From: Planctomycetales bacterium
Lineage (GTDB): Bacteria > Planctomycetota > Planctomycetia > Isosphaerales > Isosphaeraceae
DNA: 64,000 nt
Direction: 5' to 3'
Assembly: GCA_027449865.1 (NCBI GenBank)
Contig: DAIDKV010000004.1
Coordinates: 8,253 to 72,252 of the forward strand
The position numbers and the translations under genes are program-made. A model generated the notes under the pieces. The model was not told the DNA's origin, ran no database searches, and was given only the letters and a program-made list of their open reading frames with translations. Positions 1-11,197 of the stretch are shown here, in pieces; positions within the stretch are counted from its first letter, which is position 1, and each line of letters starts with the position of its first letter.

Positions 1-38
1 AACACCCCGATCGAGGAGGGGCCGACCCCGAGGCAGGC

Positions 39-1334
39 ATGAAATTGGGAATGATCGGACGGCTATCGACGCTGATGGCCCTGACCTACGCGGTCCAGGG
101 GTCGTTCTGGCCGCTCCTGGCCGTCCATCTGACGGATCTGGGCATCCACGCTCGCGATCGAGGCTGGATCTTCGCCACGCTGGCGATCGCCTCGACGACC
201 GTCCCCCTGGGCGCGGGCCAACTGGTCGACCGGCTGATGGCGACTCAGCGGGTACTGGCCGCGATTTACGGCCTGGGGACGCTGTTCCTGGTCTATCTGG
301 CGAGCGGACGCGTGACCTCGGCACCGGCCATTTTTGGGGTCTTTCTGGTCTACTGGCTGTTGTCGGCCCCGGCGTACAGCCTGGCGAACTCACTCGCGAT
401 GCGAAACCTCGACAACGCCGGCCGCGATTTCGGACGGGTTCGGTCGTTTGGAACGGCGGGCTGGATGGTCGCCGGCTGGGTGGTCTCGCTGGCGATGGCC
501 GCCTCGGGCTCGACCCGAGCGGGGAACGGAGCCTACGAAGCGCTCTGGGTCGCCGCGGCGTTCTCGGCCGCGACGTCGGTCTACTGCCTGACACTCCCGA
601 ATACCCCGCCGCTGGCCGTCGGCACCCGGGCGATCCGCCTGCGCGAGGCTGGCGGCGAGATCCTCCGACGCCCCGGAGTCCTCTGCGTCCTGATCCTCGG
701 CCTGGGCGTCTACATGACGATGCCGGTGAACTTCCAGGTCATCCCCGGCTACATGGAATCGGCGGGACTCCCCCGCGCCTGGGTCACGTCGGCAATGAGC
801 CTCGGCCAGACCAGCGAGATCGCCCTGCTGGTCGCGCTCCCCTGGATTCTCCGCCGGGCCGGCGCGAAGGCCACCCTGGCGATGGGTATCGCCGCCTGGC
901 TGGTCCGGTATCTGAGCCTGGCTTTCCACCCGCCGCTCTGGGTGGTCGTCGTCGGGGCGCTTCTCCAGGGAGTCGGGATCGCCTGCTTCACGGTCGGTGC
1001 CCAGGTCTACCTCGACGGCAAGGCGCCCGGACACCTCCGCGCCACCGCCCAGGCCATGATGCTCGTCGCGACCTCCGGTCTCGGCGCTCTGCTCGGGAGC
1101 CTGCTCGTCGGCGAGCTGACAACGTGGTCTCCTTCGAGAGATGTTCTGGTGTTCCTGTTCCCTTGCACCATCCTTGGGGCGTTGCTACTCTATCTACTAC
1201 GAGGCTTTCGGGAATCAGCCTCCGATGTGCCGTGGGCCGGCGCACCCCAAGACGAGCCCCCCTCCGGGCCGACAGCCTCGAGGGGCCCGACGGCTCACTT
1301 GGGTCATCTGGTGACGGAGTCGGCCGATGGGTGA
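39..1334 (+). CDS. MFS-type transporter (about 12 TM, nucleoside/H+ symporter-like)
   Basis: 431-aa ORF, hydrophobic throughout with a central charged loop. The overlapping ORFs in other frames are Arg/Pro-rich shadow frames. Confidence 0.75.
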   Translation: MKLGMIGRLSTLMALTYAVQGSFWPLLAVHLTDLGIHARDRGWIFATLAIASTTVPLGAGQLVDRLMATQRVLAAIYGLGTLFLVYLASGRVTSAPAIFGVFLVYWLLSAPAYSLANSLAMRNLDNAGRDFGRVRSFGTAGWMVAGWVVSLAMAASGSTRAGNGAYEALWVAAAFSAATSVYCLTLPNTPPLAVGTRAIRLREAGGEILRRPGVLCVLILGLGVYMTMPVNFQVIPGYMESAGLPRAWVTSAMSLGQTSEIALLVALPWILRRAGAKATLAMGIAAWLVRYLSLAFHPPLWVVVVGALLQGVGIACFTVGAQVYLDGKAPGHLRATAQAMMLVATSGLGALLGSLLVGELTTWSPSRDVLVFLFPCTILGALLLYLLRGFRESASDVPWAGAPQDEPPSGPTASRGPTAHLGHLVTESADG

Positions 1335-1950
1335 CTACCTCCGCCTGTTGACGGTCAATGATCGGGATATCCCGATGGCGAGCCTTCAGCGCGCCGTCCC
1401 GGACGTCGCGATCTGGTCGGTGGACCAACCCGGAACCCTGGGCAACTACCTGGCCATCGGCCCGGAGCTCAACGACCTGCGCTCCGTCTGGGCGACCATC
1501 GAGCGCAACCCCGTTGGGCCCAACACCCTCGGTGCCGAGGAAGTCGCCGAATTCATCGACAGCCTCGAATCCGGCGGGCCCCCCTCGGCCATCCGATGGC
1601 TCGGCGACTACCTGGAAACCATCCGCGCGATTTACGCAATCCGAATCTATCCCGAGGCCATCCTCGACCATCCCGAGGCCGAGGACGCCGTCTTCGTCGT
1701 CCGCTCCGCCCTGCGCGACAACGTCGGCGGGATCGGCCAGTGGGACGGACAGGGCTTCACCAACGAGGACGACCGCCTCATCTGGTGCGACCCCCAAATG
1801 ACCCTCAAAGGCCGCAAGGAAGCCGCTCTCCTCGACGAATCCACCGGCCTGTGGATCCCCCTCGAGCTCAACCTCGAAGACTCAGACGAGCTCGCACAGT
1901 TCCTCCGCGGCGAACTACCCCGCAGGCATCAACGGCACTCCCGATTCTAG
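1327..1950 (+). CDS. hypothetical protein (soluble, acidic)
   Basis: 207-aa ORF with protein-like composition. Its ATG overlaps the MFS stop by 8 nt, which suggests co-transcription. No motif recognised. Confidence 0.55.
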   Translation: MGDYLRLLTVNDRDIPMASLQRAVPDVAIWSVDQPGTLGNYLAIGPELNDLRSVWATIERNPVGPNTLGAEEVAEFIDSLESGGPPSAIRWLGDYLETIRAIYAIRIYPEAILDHPEAEDAVFVVRSALRDNVGGIGQWDGQGFTNEDDRLIWCDPQMTLKGRKEAALLDESTGLWIPLELNLEDSDELAQFLRGELPRRHQRHSRF

Positions 1951-2012
1951 GGGGGCGGTCCGACCGCACCGTCGAACCTAAGCAGGAAGACAACCCTCAG
2001 CGAGTCAAGAAC

Positions 2013-3053
2013 TCAGCGACGCCCGGACAAGACGACCAGGGACGAAAAAGCCCCCTGAACGAAGGACAGAATCCGGGACTCAAGCCATCGACGATCGCCC
2101 TGCCAGGGGCGCCGGCTGACATAGCCCAGGTGTCCACCATGCGGAACCAGCTCCAGCGCCAGGCTGGGCCGCCGCTCCGCTTGCAGAAACGGCTCATGCG
2201 GGACAAACGGATCGTCCACTGCGTGGACGATCAGCCCAGGCACCTCGATCCGTCCCAGCGTGGCGACCAGGCTGCAACGTTCATAATAATCGTCGGCCGA
2301 GGCGAAGCCATTCCGACGCGCTGTGTATCGGTCGTCGAACTCGTAGAGCGTCCGAACGCCTTCGAGACCGGTCGGGCCGAGGTCCGGGAAACGTCGATGG
2401 AGCCGGTCGACCGTGGACCGAAGCCATCGGACGAAGTTCCAGTCGTAAAGCCGGTTCTCAGGCTCGGACATCCGGCGGGCGCAGGCCGCCAGGTCGATCG
2501 GCGGATTCGCCGCGACGACGCAGGCGATCCGATCGGGACCGGCCTCCATCGCCAGTCTCAGGACGAGGTTGGCACCGAGTGAGAAACCGACGGCCGCCAC
2601 GGGCGAGTCCGGATGGCGAGCCCGCATCCAGTCGGCGACCGCGCGCAGGTCGTCGCTTCGGCCCGCGTGGTAGATCCCTCGGGACATCCCAAAGCTACGC
2701 CCTGCGCCCCGAAGGTTGACCCGGATCACCCGGATTCCCGAGCGGATCAGACGGTCCGCCAGGCGGACGACATAGGCCGACCCGGAGCATCCGGCCAGGC
2801 CGTGAACCAGCATCGCCGAGGGGTCTGACGGATTCCAGCCGGCCGGGGTCGACTCCAGCAGCAGAAGCCGATCGCCGTCCGGGAGGGTCAGCTCGTGGGA
2901 CGTCGCGGGCGGATGGGGCCGCGGGTTGGGCCAGTATCGACCAACAATCGTCTGCGCATGCCCGCCGCGGAGCCAGCCAGGAGGCTCGAAACGGGGAACC
3001 TTGTCCGCGATCTCCACCACCGAGCCGATCTCCTTTTCGATATCCCGGATCAC
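2013..3053 (-). CDS. alpha/beta-fold hydrolase (YheT/ABHD1-3-like)
   Basis: 346 aa. Shows 'LVHGLAGCSGSAY', a nucleophile elbow 'GFSLGAN' and 'DDPFVP' near the C-terminus. ATGA overlap with the upstream comEA-like gene. Confidence 0.78.
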   Translation of the reverse strand: MIRDIEKEIGSVVEIADKVPRFEPPGWLRGGHAQTIVGRYWPNPRPHPPATSHELTLPDGDRLLLLESTPAGWNPSDPSAMLVHGLAGCSGSAYVVRLADRLIRSGIRVIRVNLRGAGRSFGMSRGIYHAGRSDDLRAVADWMRARHPDSPVAAVGFSLGANLVLRLAMEAGPDRIACVVAANPPIDLAACARRMSEPENRLYDWNFVRWLRSTVDRLHRRFPDLGPTGLEGVRTLYEFDDRYTARRNGFASADDYYERCSLVATLGRIEVPGLIVHAVDDPFVPHEPFLQAERRPSLALELVPHGGHLGYVSRRPWQGDRRWLESRILSFVQGAFSSLVVLSGRR

Positions 3054-3622
3054 GGCGAGGCCGCCGCGACCTCCGCCCTCGACGCGAGCCGGCTCGACGC
3101 GCCTCGGGGCTTCCGCACCCTCGATCGTGAGCGACTCGGAGGAACTTCGCCCTCGGCGATCGCGATCGTCGACGACTCAGCCCGCACCCGCGAACCAGCC
3201 TCGAACCGCAGGTAGGGCTCGATCCGCGCCAGGGTCGCCGGGCCAATTCCGCGGACCCGGGCGCGCAAATCCTCCGGCGAGCGGAACGGACCGTCGGCCT
3301 GGGCCTCGACGATCCGACGGGCCAGGGTCGGACCAATCCTCGGCAGCCCGGCGAGCGACTCGGCGGTCGCGGTGCTGGGGTCGAGAGCCGGAGCAGGCCC
3401 CTTCGCGGCGGGGACCGGCCGATGTTCTCCCCGGCGATCCTCCCGTCGCGAGCCAACCATCAGACCCATCGCCAGGACAATCGCGATCGAGGCCAGCAGC
3501 AGTCGCGACCCATCCGGCCAGTTCCAGGGAAGAGCCGCAGAACGATCCTCGGACGCGAGAGGCGCATCCTCGGCGGTCGCGGTCGTTCGCGATCGGTCTT
3601 CCGGTTTCATCCGATCCGCCAT
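3050..3622 (-). CDS. comEA: ComEA-family helix-hairpin-helix DNA-binding protein (membrane-anchored)
   Basis: One N-terminal TM helix followed by tandem HhH motifs: 'LAGLPRIGPTLARRIVE...RGIGPATLARIEPYLRF'. Confidence 0.7.
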   Translation of the reverse strand: MADRMKPEDRSRTTATAEDAPLASEDRSAALPWNWPDGSRLLLASIAIVLAMGLMVGSRREDRRGEHRPVPAAKGPAPALDPSTATAESLAGLPRIGPTLARRIVEAQADGPFRSPEDLRARVRGIGPATLARIEPYLRFEAGSRVRAESSTIAIAEGEVPPSRSRSRVRKPRGASSRLASRAEVAAASP

Positions 3623-3707
3623 CCCAGGTGCAAGCTCGCGCCGACGTGCAGCTCAAGTTGATCGTAGGGATTTTAGCTTATCGGAGGAATTTGCCAACAA
3701 TCAAGGA

Positions 3708-3744
3708 CCCGCCGGAATCGAACCGTCTCGGCCGTTCCGGCGGG
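3708..3744 (-). terminator. candidate intrinsic terminator downstream of citrate synthase
   Basis: Perfect 10-bp stem CCCGCCGGAA/TTCCGGCGGG with a 17-nt loop, 20 nt after the gltA stop on the minus strand. It is followed by an imperfect U-rich tract (UCCUUGAUUGUU). Confidence 0.4.
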
Positions 3745-3763
3745 TGTTCGCAAAACCGATCGA

Positions 3764-4927
3764 TCAACGCTGTTCGATCGGCTTGACGGAGCGGTGGGGA
3801 GGGCCCGTGTACCGCGCCCGAGGTCGCATCAGACGGTTGTGATCAAGCTGCTCGATGATGTGCGCCGCCCACCCGGCGACGCGGGCCATCGCGAAGATCG
3901 GCGTGTAGATCTCGATCTCCAGGCCCATGTAGTGGTAGAGCCGGGCGCTCGGCCAGTCGACGTTGGGCGGCAGATTCTTCTGGGTGGTGACCGCCTGCTC
4001 GATCGGCTCGGCAATCCGCTCCCATCGATCGTCGCCCACCTCCTTCGCCAGCGCGACGCAGTGCTGCTTGAGGATCCGGGCGCGAGGGTCACCCGTCTTG
4101 TAGACGCGGTGGCCAAACCCCATGATCCGTTCCTTCCGCGCCAGGGCGTCCTGAATCCAGGCCTCGGCCTTGTCGGGCGAACCGACCTGCTCCAGAACCT
4201 TCCACGCCTCTTCGTTGGCGCCGCCGTGGAGCGGGCCCTTGAGCGTCCCGATCGCCGCGACGATCCCCGAATAGATGTCGGATAGCGTCGACACCGTCAC
4301 CCGGGCCGAAAACGTCGAGGCGTTCAGCTCGTGCTCGGTGTAGAGCACCAGCGAAAGGTCAAAGGCGTCGCGCATCGTCTTCGAGGGAGCCTTGCCGCTG
4401 ACCATGTGCAGGAAGTTGGCCGAGTGGTCCAGATCGTCGCGGGGAGGAACCAGCGGCAAGCCCTGGCTGATCCGCCGGCGGTAGGCCACCGCGGTCGCCA
4501 TCTGGGCCACCATTCGCTCGGCCTTGCGAACGTTCGCCGCATGATCCGTCGGCGCCGCGTTGACGTCCGGATCGAAGTGCGCCAGCACACTCACCGATGT
4601 CCGCAGTACGTCCATCGGATGAATATGCGCCGGAATCTCACTCAGAAGGGTGACCAGCGGCTCCGGCAGGGCCCGAGCCTTCCGCAGCCGGGCGTCGAAC
4701 TCTCGAAGCTGCTCGCGACTGGGAAGGTCGCCGTGAAGAAGCAGGAACGCCGTTTCCTCGTAGGAGACGTGATCCGCGAGGTCCTCGATCCGATAACCTC
4801 GGTATTCCAGTCCTCCAGCGCCATCGGTCCCCTCAATGTTGGCGATCGCCGTCTCGCTGGCGATGACGCCTTCCAGGCCGGGATGATAGTCGTTCGACGA
4901 CGCAACGCTCATGGAGGAGCTCCGCAA
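3764..4927 (-). CDS. gltA: citrate synthase
   Basis: 387 aa. Shows 'GLEGVIASETAI..I.G..G.L.YRGY.IEDL', 'GPLHGGANE' and 'GFGHRVYKTGDPRA', which are the catalytic His/His/Asp context. Confidence 0.92.
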   Translation of the reverse strand: MRSSSMSVASSNDYHPGLEGVIASETAIANIEGTDGAGGLEYRGYRIEDLADHVSYEETAFLLLHGDLPSREQLREFDARLRKARALPEPLVTLLSEIPAHIHPMDVLRTSVSVLAHFDPDVNAAPTDHAANVRKAERMVAQMATAVAYRRRISQGLPLVPPRDDLDHSANFLHMVSGKAPSKTMRDAFDLSLVLYTEHELNASTFSARVTVSTLSDIYSGIVAAIGTLKGPLHGGANEEAWKVLEQVGSPDKAEAWIQDALARKERIMGFGHRVYKTGDPRARILKQHCVALAKEVGDDRWERIAEPIEQAVTTQKNLPPNVDWPSARLYHYMGLEIEIYTPIFAMARVAGWAAHIIEQLDHNRLMRPRARYTGPPHRSVKPIEQR

Positions 4928-5130
4928 TGGGTTCGCCGATCTGTCGGATCCGATCCCGGCCGCGAGGCGTGGTGGCCGGGATCAACAGGGGAGCGGCCGG
5001 CGTAGGCTCCGGCGGGGCCAGGGAGGGCCCCGGCTCCCATTTCCGACTAGTTTAGTCGAATCGATGCCTCGCTTCCATGTCCCTGCCCCTTTTCCCCGTC
5101 CACCTGCCTCCAATTCCACGCGGCCATCCC

Positions 5131-5712
5131 TCACGACCCCTCATCTCCGGGCGACCGCTCCCTCTCATCGCGGATCAGGTGGCCGATTTCGGCCAGGTCG
5201 GCCGCCGGCATCGAAAGAACCTGATCGGCCAGCGTGTCGATCGCCCGGAAGAACCGTCGAAGCGATTCAATACGCTCCGCGATTCCACGCAACTCCTCTT
5301 GCCCCTCCGCCATCCTGGATGTCGACTCCAGTACGTGCAAGCTTGGCTCCAGCTCGCGACGCTTGCGCTCACGAAGAATCTTGCGGAAGAGTGTCCAGAC
5401 CTCGGTCTCAGCCCGAAAAAGCTCGCGACGCTCTCCCGGACGATGCACCTTGTGAACCACGCCCCACGCCATCAGCTCACGCAGATTCATGCTCACGTTG
5501 CCACGTGAAACTCCGAGCGAACGCCGCAAGTCCTCGGCCGTCCAGTCACTTCCGGTGATATACAGGAGCGCGAACAGCTCCCCCATCGACGAATTGATCC
5601 CCCAGGAGCGGGCCATCAGGCCCCAGTGCTCGACAAATTGGCGGATGAGGGCCTCGGCATGGGGGAATGGGGCCGTCGTGTCGCGACCGGCCGGGATGGC
5701 CGTATTATCCAT
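5131..5712 (-). CDS. GbsR/MarR-family winged-helix transcriptional regulator
   Basis: 193 aa. 'GINSSMGELFALLYITGSDWTAEDLRRSLGVSRGNVSMNLRELMAWGVVHKV' is typical of the GbsR-type wHTH. Confidence 0.7.
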   Translation of the reverse strand: MDNTAIPAGRDTTAPFPHAEALIRQFVEHWGLMARSWGINSSMGELFALLYITGSDWTAEDLRRSLGVSRGNVSMNLRELMAWGVVHKVHRPGERRELFRAETEVWTLFRKILRERKRRELEPSLHVLESTSRMAEGQEELRGIAERIESLRRFFRAIDTLADQVLSMPAADLAEIGHLIRDERERSPGDEGS

Positions 5713-5929
5713 GGGAACTCCGGGCTCATCGTTGGTCCGATGTTGTGGTCATTTGTACCGACATCCTGCGATTTCGTGGCTGGGGGCCGACATCCGGGAG
5801 GGACGAGAAATCTCTTGAAAAGGGTCTCGATTCCTCGATCCCCCCATCCAGGGATGCGCGGCTGTCTCCGGGGATCTATGCGGATGGACATGGCTCAAGG
5901 CACGCGAAAAATCGTTGGATAAGTTGAGT

Positions 5930-6014
5930 GAATTCGGAGAAATAGGTGCAAAGCGACGACCGAATTCGGATAGAATACCAATGCATGCCCCGATTCGCCG
6001 TGTAGAATTCCGAA
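5930..6014. promoter_or_regulatory. candidate operator repeats (GAATTCGGA x2 direct, GAATTCCGAA x1) in an AT-richer divergent intergenic region
   Basis: GAATTCGGA occurs at 5930-5938 and 5962-5970 (32 bp apart) and GAATTCCGAA at 6005-6014. The repeats lie between the GbsR-like gene and the Arc-like gene. Confidence 0.25.
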
Positions 6015-6080
6015 GTGGGCTTGTTACCCGACTGGATGCTTCCTGTTACGGGTGCCTGTGTCGAACCGAGGAGATGTTCC

Positions 6081-6242
6081 ATGCCTGAGACAGTGGTACA
6101 CTTCCAGATCCGCATGCCTCCCGTGCTCCATGAGCAGTTGGCAAGCTGGGCCAAAGAGGACAAGGCATCGCTGAATGCGCTGATTGTCGGAATCCTCGAA
6201 AAGGCCATTGAGCAGCACGAGAAGTCAGGAACCAAGGAGTAA
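6081..6242 (+). CDS. Arc/MetJ-type ribbon-helix-helix DNA-binding protein
   Basis: 53 aa: 'VHFQIRMPPVLHEQLASWAKEDKASLNALIVGILEKAI', a beta-strand followed by two helices. GAGGAG lies 8 nt upstream of the ATG at 6081. The track ORF begins earlier, at 6015. Confidence 0.65.
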   Translation: MPETVVHFQIRMPPVLHEQLASWAKEDKASLNALIVGILEKAIEQHEKSGTKE

Positions 6243-6418
6243 TCCGACTGCCGGGCGACGAGGGCCGGTCCGACGGGCCGCGGGCCCGGCCGCCGAAGTT
6301 GAGCCCTCCCGCCGGCGGATGGAGACCTGATTTCGCTGACCCCTGCAGCCTCTTCGAGAGGATTTGGCCGACTCGTCTTGAGTCGGCTCGATCGTCCGAG
6401 TATGCTCTAGGGGTCGAG

Positions 6419-6491
6419 TCCCCGATAGCTCAATCGGTAGAGCGAGCGGCTGTTAACCGCTAGGTTCAAGGTTCGAGTCCTTGTCGGGGAG
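6419..6491 (+). tRNA. tRNA-Asn (anticodon GTT)
   Basis: Manual cloverleaf: acceptor TCCCCGA/TCGGGGA, D-arm GCTC..GAGC, anticodon stem AGCGG/CCGCT with loop CTGTTAA, T-arm CAAGG-TTCGAGT-CCTTG. 73 nt, no encoded CCA. Confidence 0.93.
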
Positions 6492-6506
6492 CCTAAGGTG
6501 AGAAAC

Positions 6507-6542
6507 GATGGGCCGTCCTGGAATCTTCCAGGGCGGCCCATC
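6507..6542. terminator. bidirectional intrinsic terminator between tRNA-Asn (+) and glgX (-)
   Basis: 16-bp stem GATGGGCCGTCCTGGA / TCCAGGGCGGCCCATC (one G.U pair) with loop ATCT. T-rich on the + side (GGCATTTGTGGGTTTCTT) and GTTTCTC on the - side. Confidence 0.6.
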
Positions 6543-6559
6543 GGCATTTGTGGGTTTCT

Positions 6560-8671
6560 TCAGGTCGCCTCGGAGACCAGCACGATCATCGCGTGCGACT
6601 CGACCGGGTAAATCTGGCCGACCTCGATGCGAGGGCCGGTGTCGGGCTCGAGGATATCCCTGGGGGATGGCTGGGCGGTATCGACGGCGAGCCGCCAGAT
6701 CCGGCCGGTCGGGGCGGCGGGAATCCGGAATTCCAACGGCCTGCGCCAGGCGTTGAAGGCGACGTAGAGATCGCGATCGACCACGCCCGGCCGATCGCCG
6801 CCTCGACCGTCGAGGGCCAGGGCGATCGCGTGACTCTCACGGCCGAAGTCGGGCTGGGACGGCACGACACCGTGCCAGAGGATCTCGGGTGGGCGGCCCG
6901 TTCGATCCCCGTGGAAGAACGACCGACGCCGAAGAATCGGGTGTGCCTTCCGGATCGCGATCATCATCCGGGTGAACCGGTGGAAACCGGCCTCACGATC
7001 CAGGAGTCCCCAGTCGATCCAGCTCACCGGGTTATCCTGGCACCAGGCGTTGTTGTTTCCGCCCTGGGTTCGAAGAAATTCGTCGCCGGCGAGAATCATG
7101 GGAACGCCCTGGCTGAGCAGAAGGGTCGCCATCAGGTTGCGAGCCTGCCGGGCGCGAAGGCCGTTGATGGTCGGGTCGTTGGTCGGGCCCTCGACGCCGC
7201 AGTTCCAGCTATTGTTGTCGTTGCCGCCGTCGTGATTCCCCTCGCCGTTCGCCTCGTTGTGCTTTTCGTTGTAGGAGACGAGGTCGGCCAGGGTGAAGCC
7301 GTCGTGGCAGGAAATGAAGTTGATCGAGTGCAGCGGGCCGCGACCGGCGTAGAGGTCGTCGCTCCCGCAAAGCCGGGTCGCCAGCGCCGAGGTCATCCCC
7401 GGATCGCCACGCCAGAAGCGCCGGACGTCGTCGCGGAACCGGCCGTTCCAGTCCGACCACCGGCTCTCGCCGGGGAACGTGCCGACCTGATATAGCCCCG
7501 CGGCGTCCCAGGGCTCGGCGATCAACTTGGTGTCGCGGAGCAGGGAATCCTCGGAAATTCGACGGATCACCGGCGGCTCGACCAGAACATTGCCCCGGGC
7601 GTCACGCCCGAGGACCGAGGCCAGATCGAACCGAAAACCATCGACGCCCGCCTCGGCCACCCAGCTTCGAAGGCAATCGAGCAGGTAGTTCCGCACGATC
7701 GGGTGATCGCTGCTAAACGTGTTGCCGCAGCCGCTATAGTTTAGATAATTCCCGTGGTCGTCGAGCATGTAATAGAGCGTGTTGTCGACCCCTCGAAAGT
7801 TATAGGTCGGCCCGTCGTCGCCTCCCTCGGCGGTGTGGTTGAAGACGACGTCGAGATAGATTTCCAGCCCCTCGGCGTGGAACTGCTCCACAACCTCGAC
7901 CAGTTCGTGCAGCGGAGCGGCCCGCTCGGGGTTGGAGGAATACCCCGCCTTCGGAGCGCCGAAGGCGATCGGGTTATATCCCCAGTAGTTGCGTAGCCGC
8001 TCTCCGGTGAAAGGGTTGACGAATCGGCAATCGTCCTCGTCGAACTCGTCGATCGGAAGAAGCTCGACCGCGGTGACGCCCAGCTCCTTCAGATAGTCGA
8101 TCTTCTCGGCGAGTCCGCGGAAGGTGCCGGGATGCCGGACGTCGGCCTGGATGGTGAAGCCTCGAACGTGAAGCTCGTAGATGATCGTATCTTCCAGGGG
8201 CGTCCGCGGGTTGACGCGTCGCTCGCCCTCGATCAACGATTCGACCATCAGGCTCCTGCGCGGGAGGCCGTTGCCGGTTCCCCAGGGACGGCCGCACGAA
8301 AGGGCCCGGGTGTAAGGATCATGGAGGACCACCGAGGGATCGTATCGGTGGCCGTTGTCTCGGGGACCATCCACGCGAAACCCGTAGCAAAACTCCTCCG
8401 GGAGCCCGTCGACGCGAATGTGCCAGTGGTCCCCGGTCCGGTTGATGCTCGGATCCATCGGGATTTCGGCGTGAATCTCGGTGTTGCAGGGCTCGGAGAG
8501 GACCAGGGTGACGTCCGTCCCATGTCGGCAGAGGAGAACGAAGTTCACGCCGAGAGGCGTCTCGGTCGCGCCCGCGGGCAGGGGACTACCCCGGCTGACC
8601 AGCAACAGCCGGTCGCGGTAGGTGTATTCGGAGGCCGTCATCGACTCGATCCGTTCCGTCGCCCTGGTCAT
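6560..8671 (-). CDS. glgX: glycogen debranching enzyme GlgX (GH13 isoamylase-type)
   Basis: GH13 regions are present: 'VYLDVVFNHTAEG', 'GVDGFRFDLASVLGR', 'LIAEPWD', 'FISCHDGFTLADLVSYN'. The start is set at MTRATE (8671); the longest ORF start at 8893 would run into the divergent gene at 8863. Confidence 0.9.
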   Translation of the reverse strand: MTRATERIESMTASEYTYRDRLLLVSRGSPLPAGATETPLGVNFVLLCRHGTDVTLVLSEPCNTEIHAEIPMDPSINRTGDHWHIRVDGLPEEFCYGFRVDGPRDNGHRYDPSVVLHDPYTRALSCGRPWGTGNGLPRRSLMVESLIEGERRVNPRTPLEDTIIYELHVRGFTIQADVRHPGTFRGLAEKIDYLKELGVTAVELLPIDEFDEDDCRFVNPFTGERLRNYWGYNPIAFGAPKAGYSSNPERAAPLHELVEVVEQFHAEGLEIYLDVVFNHTAEGGDDGPTYNFRGVDNTLYYMLDDHGNYLNYSGCGNTFSSDHPIVRNYLLDCLRSWVAEAGVDGFRFDLASVLGRDARGNVLVEPPVIRRISEDSLLRDTKLIAEPWDAAGLYQVGTFPGESRWSDWNGRFRDDVRRFWRGDPGMTSALATRLCGSDDLYAGRGPLHSINFISCHDGFTLADLVSYNEKHNEANGEGNHDGGNDNNSWNCGVEGPTNDPTINGLRARQARNLMATLLLSQGVPMILAGDEFLRTQGGNNNAWCQDNPVSWIDWGLLDREAGFHRFTRMMIAIRKAHPILRRRSFFHGDRTGRPPEILWHGVVPSQPDFGRESHAIALALDGRGGDRPGVVDRDLYVAFNAWRRPLEFRIPAAPTGRIWRLAVDTAQPSPRDILEPDTGPRIEVGQIYPVESHAMIVLVSEAT

Positions 8672-8862
8672 CGGCTGAGCGCTCCCCGTCGTGGAGGACC
8701 CGGGCTCGTCTCGTCGCGTGCCCGGAGAGAGGTGTCCCGGATTCTCCGCCGATCGGCCATTGGAAACAATCACAATCCCGCGATATCCTGAATCAGCATG
8801 GAACGAACCCCGGCCTTGCCCGCCCTGGACCCAGACGACTCCAGCCACCAGGACCCCCCTCG

Positions 8863-11193
<2,331 letters not shown>

Positions 11194-11197
11194 TCGG

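Noticed and set aside
3708-3744. tRNA fragment suspected from 'GGAATCGAACC' in the hairpin loop.
   Set aside because: There is no cloverleaf. A simple 10-bp hairpin downstream of gltA is the simpler reading, so it is listed as a terminator candidate.
6015-6242. HicAB or other type II toxin-antitoxin pair around the RHH gene.
   Set aside because: No partner toxin ORF lies on either side. The 119-aa antisense ORF 5876-6235 has no protein-like features.
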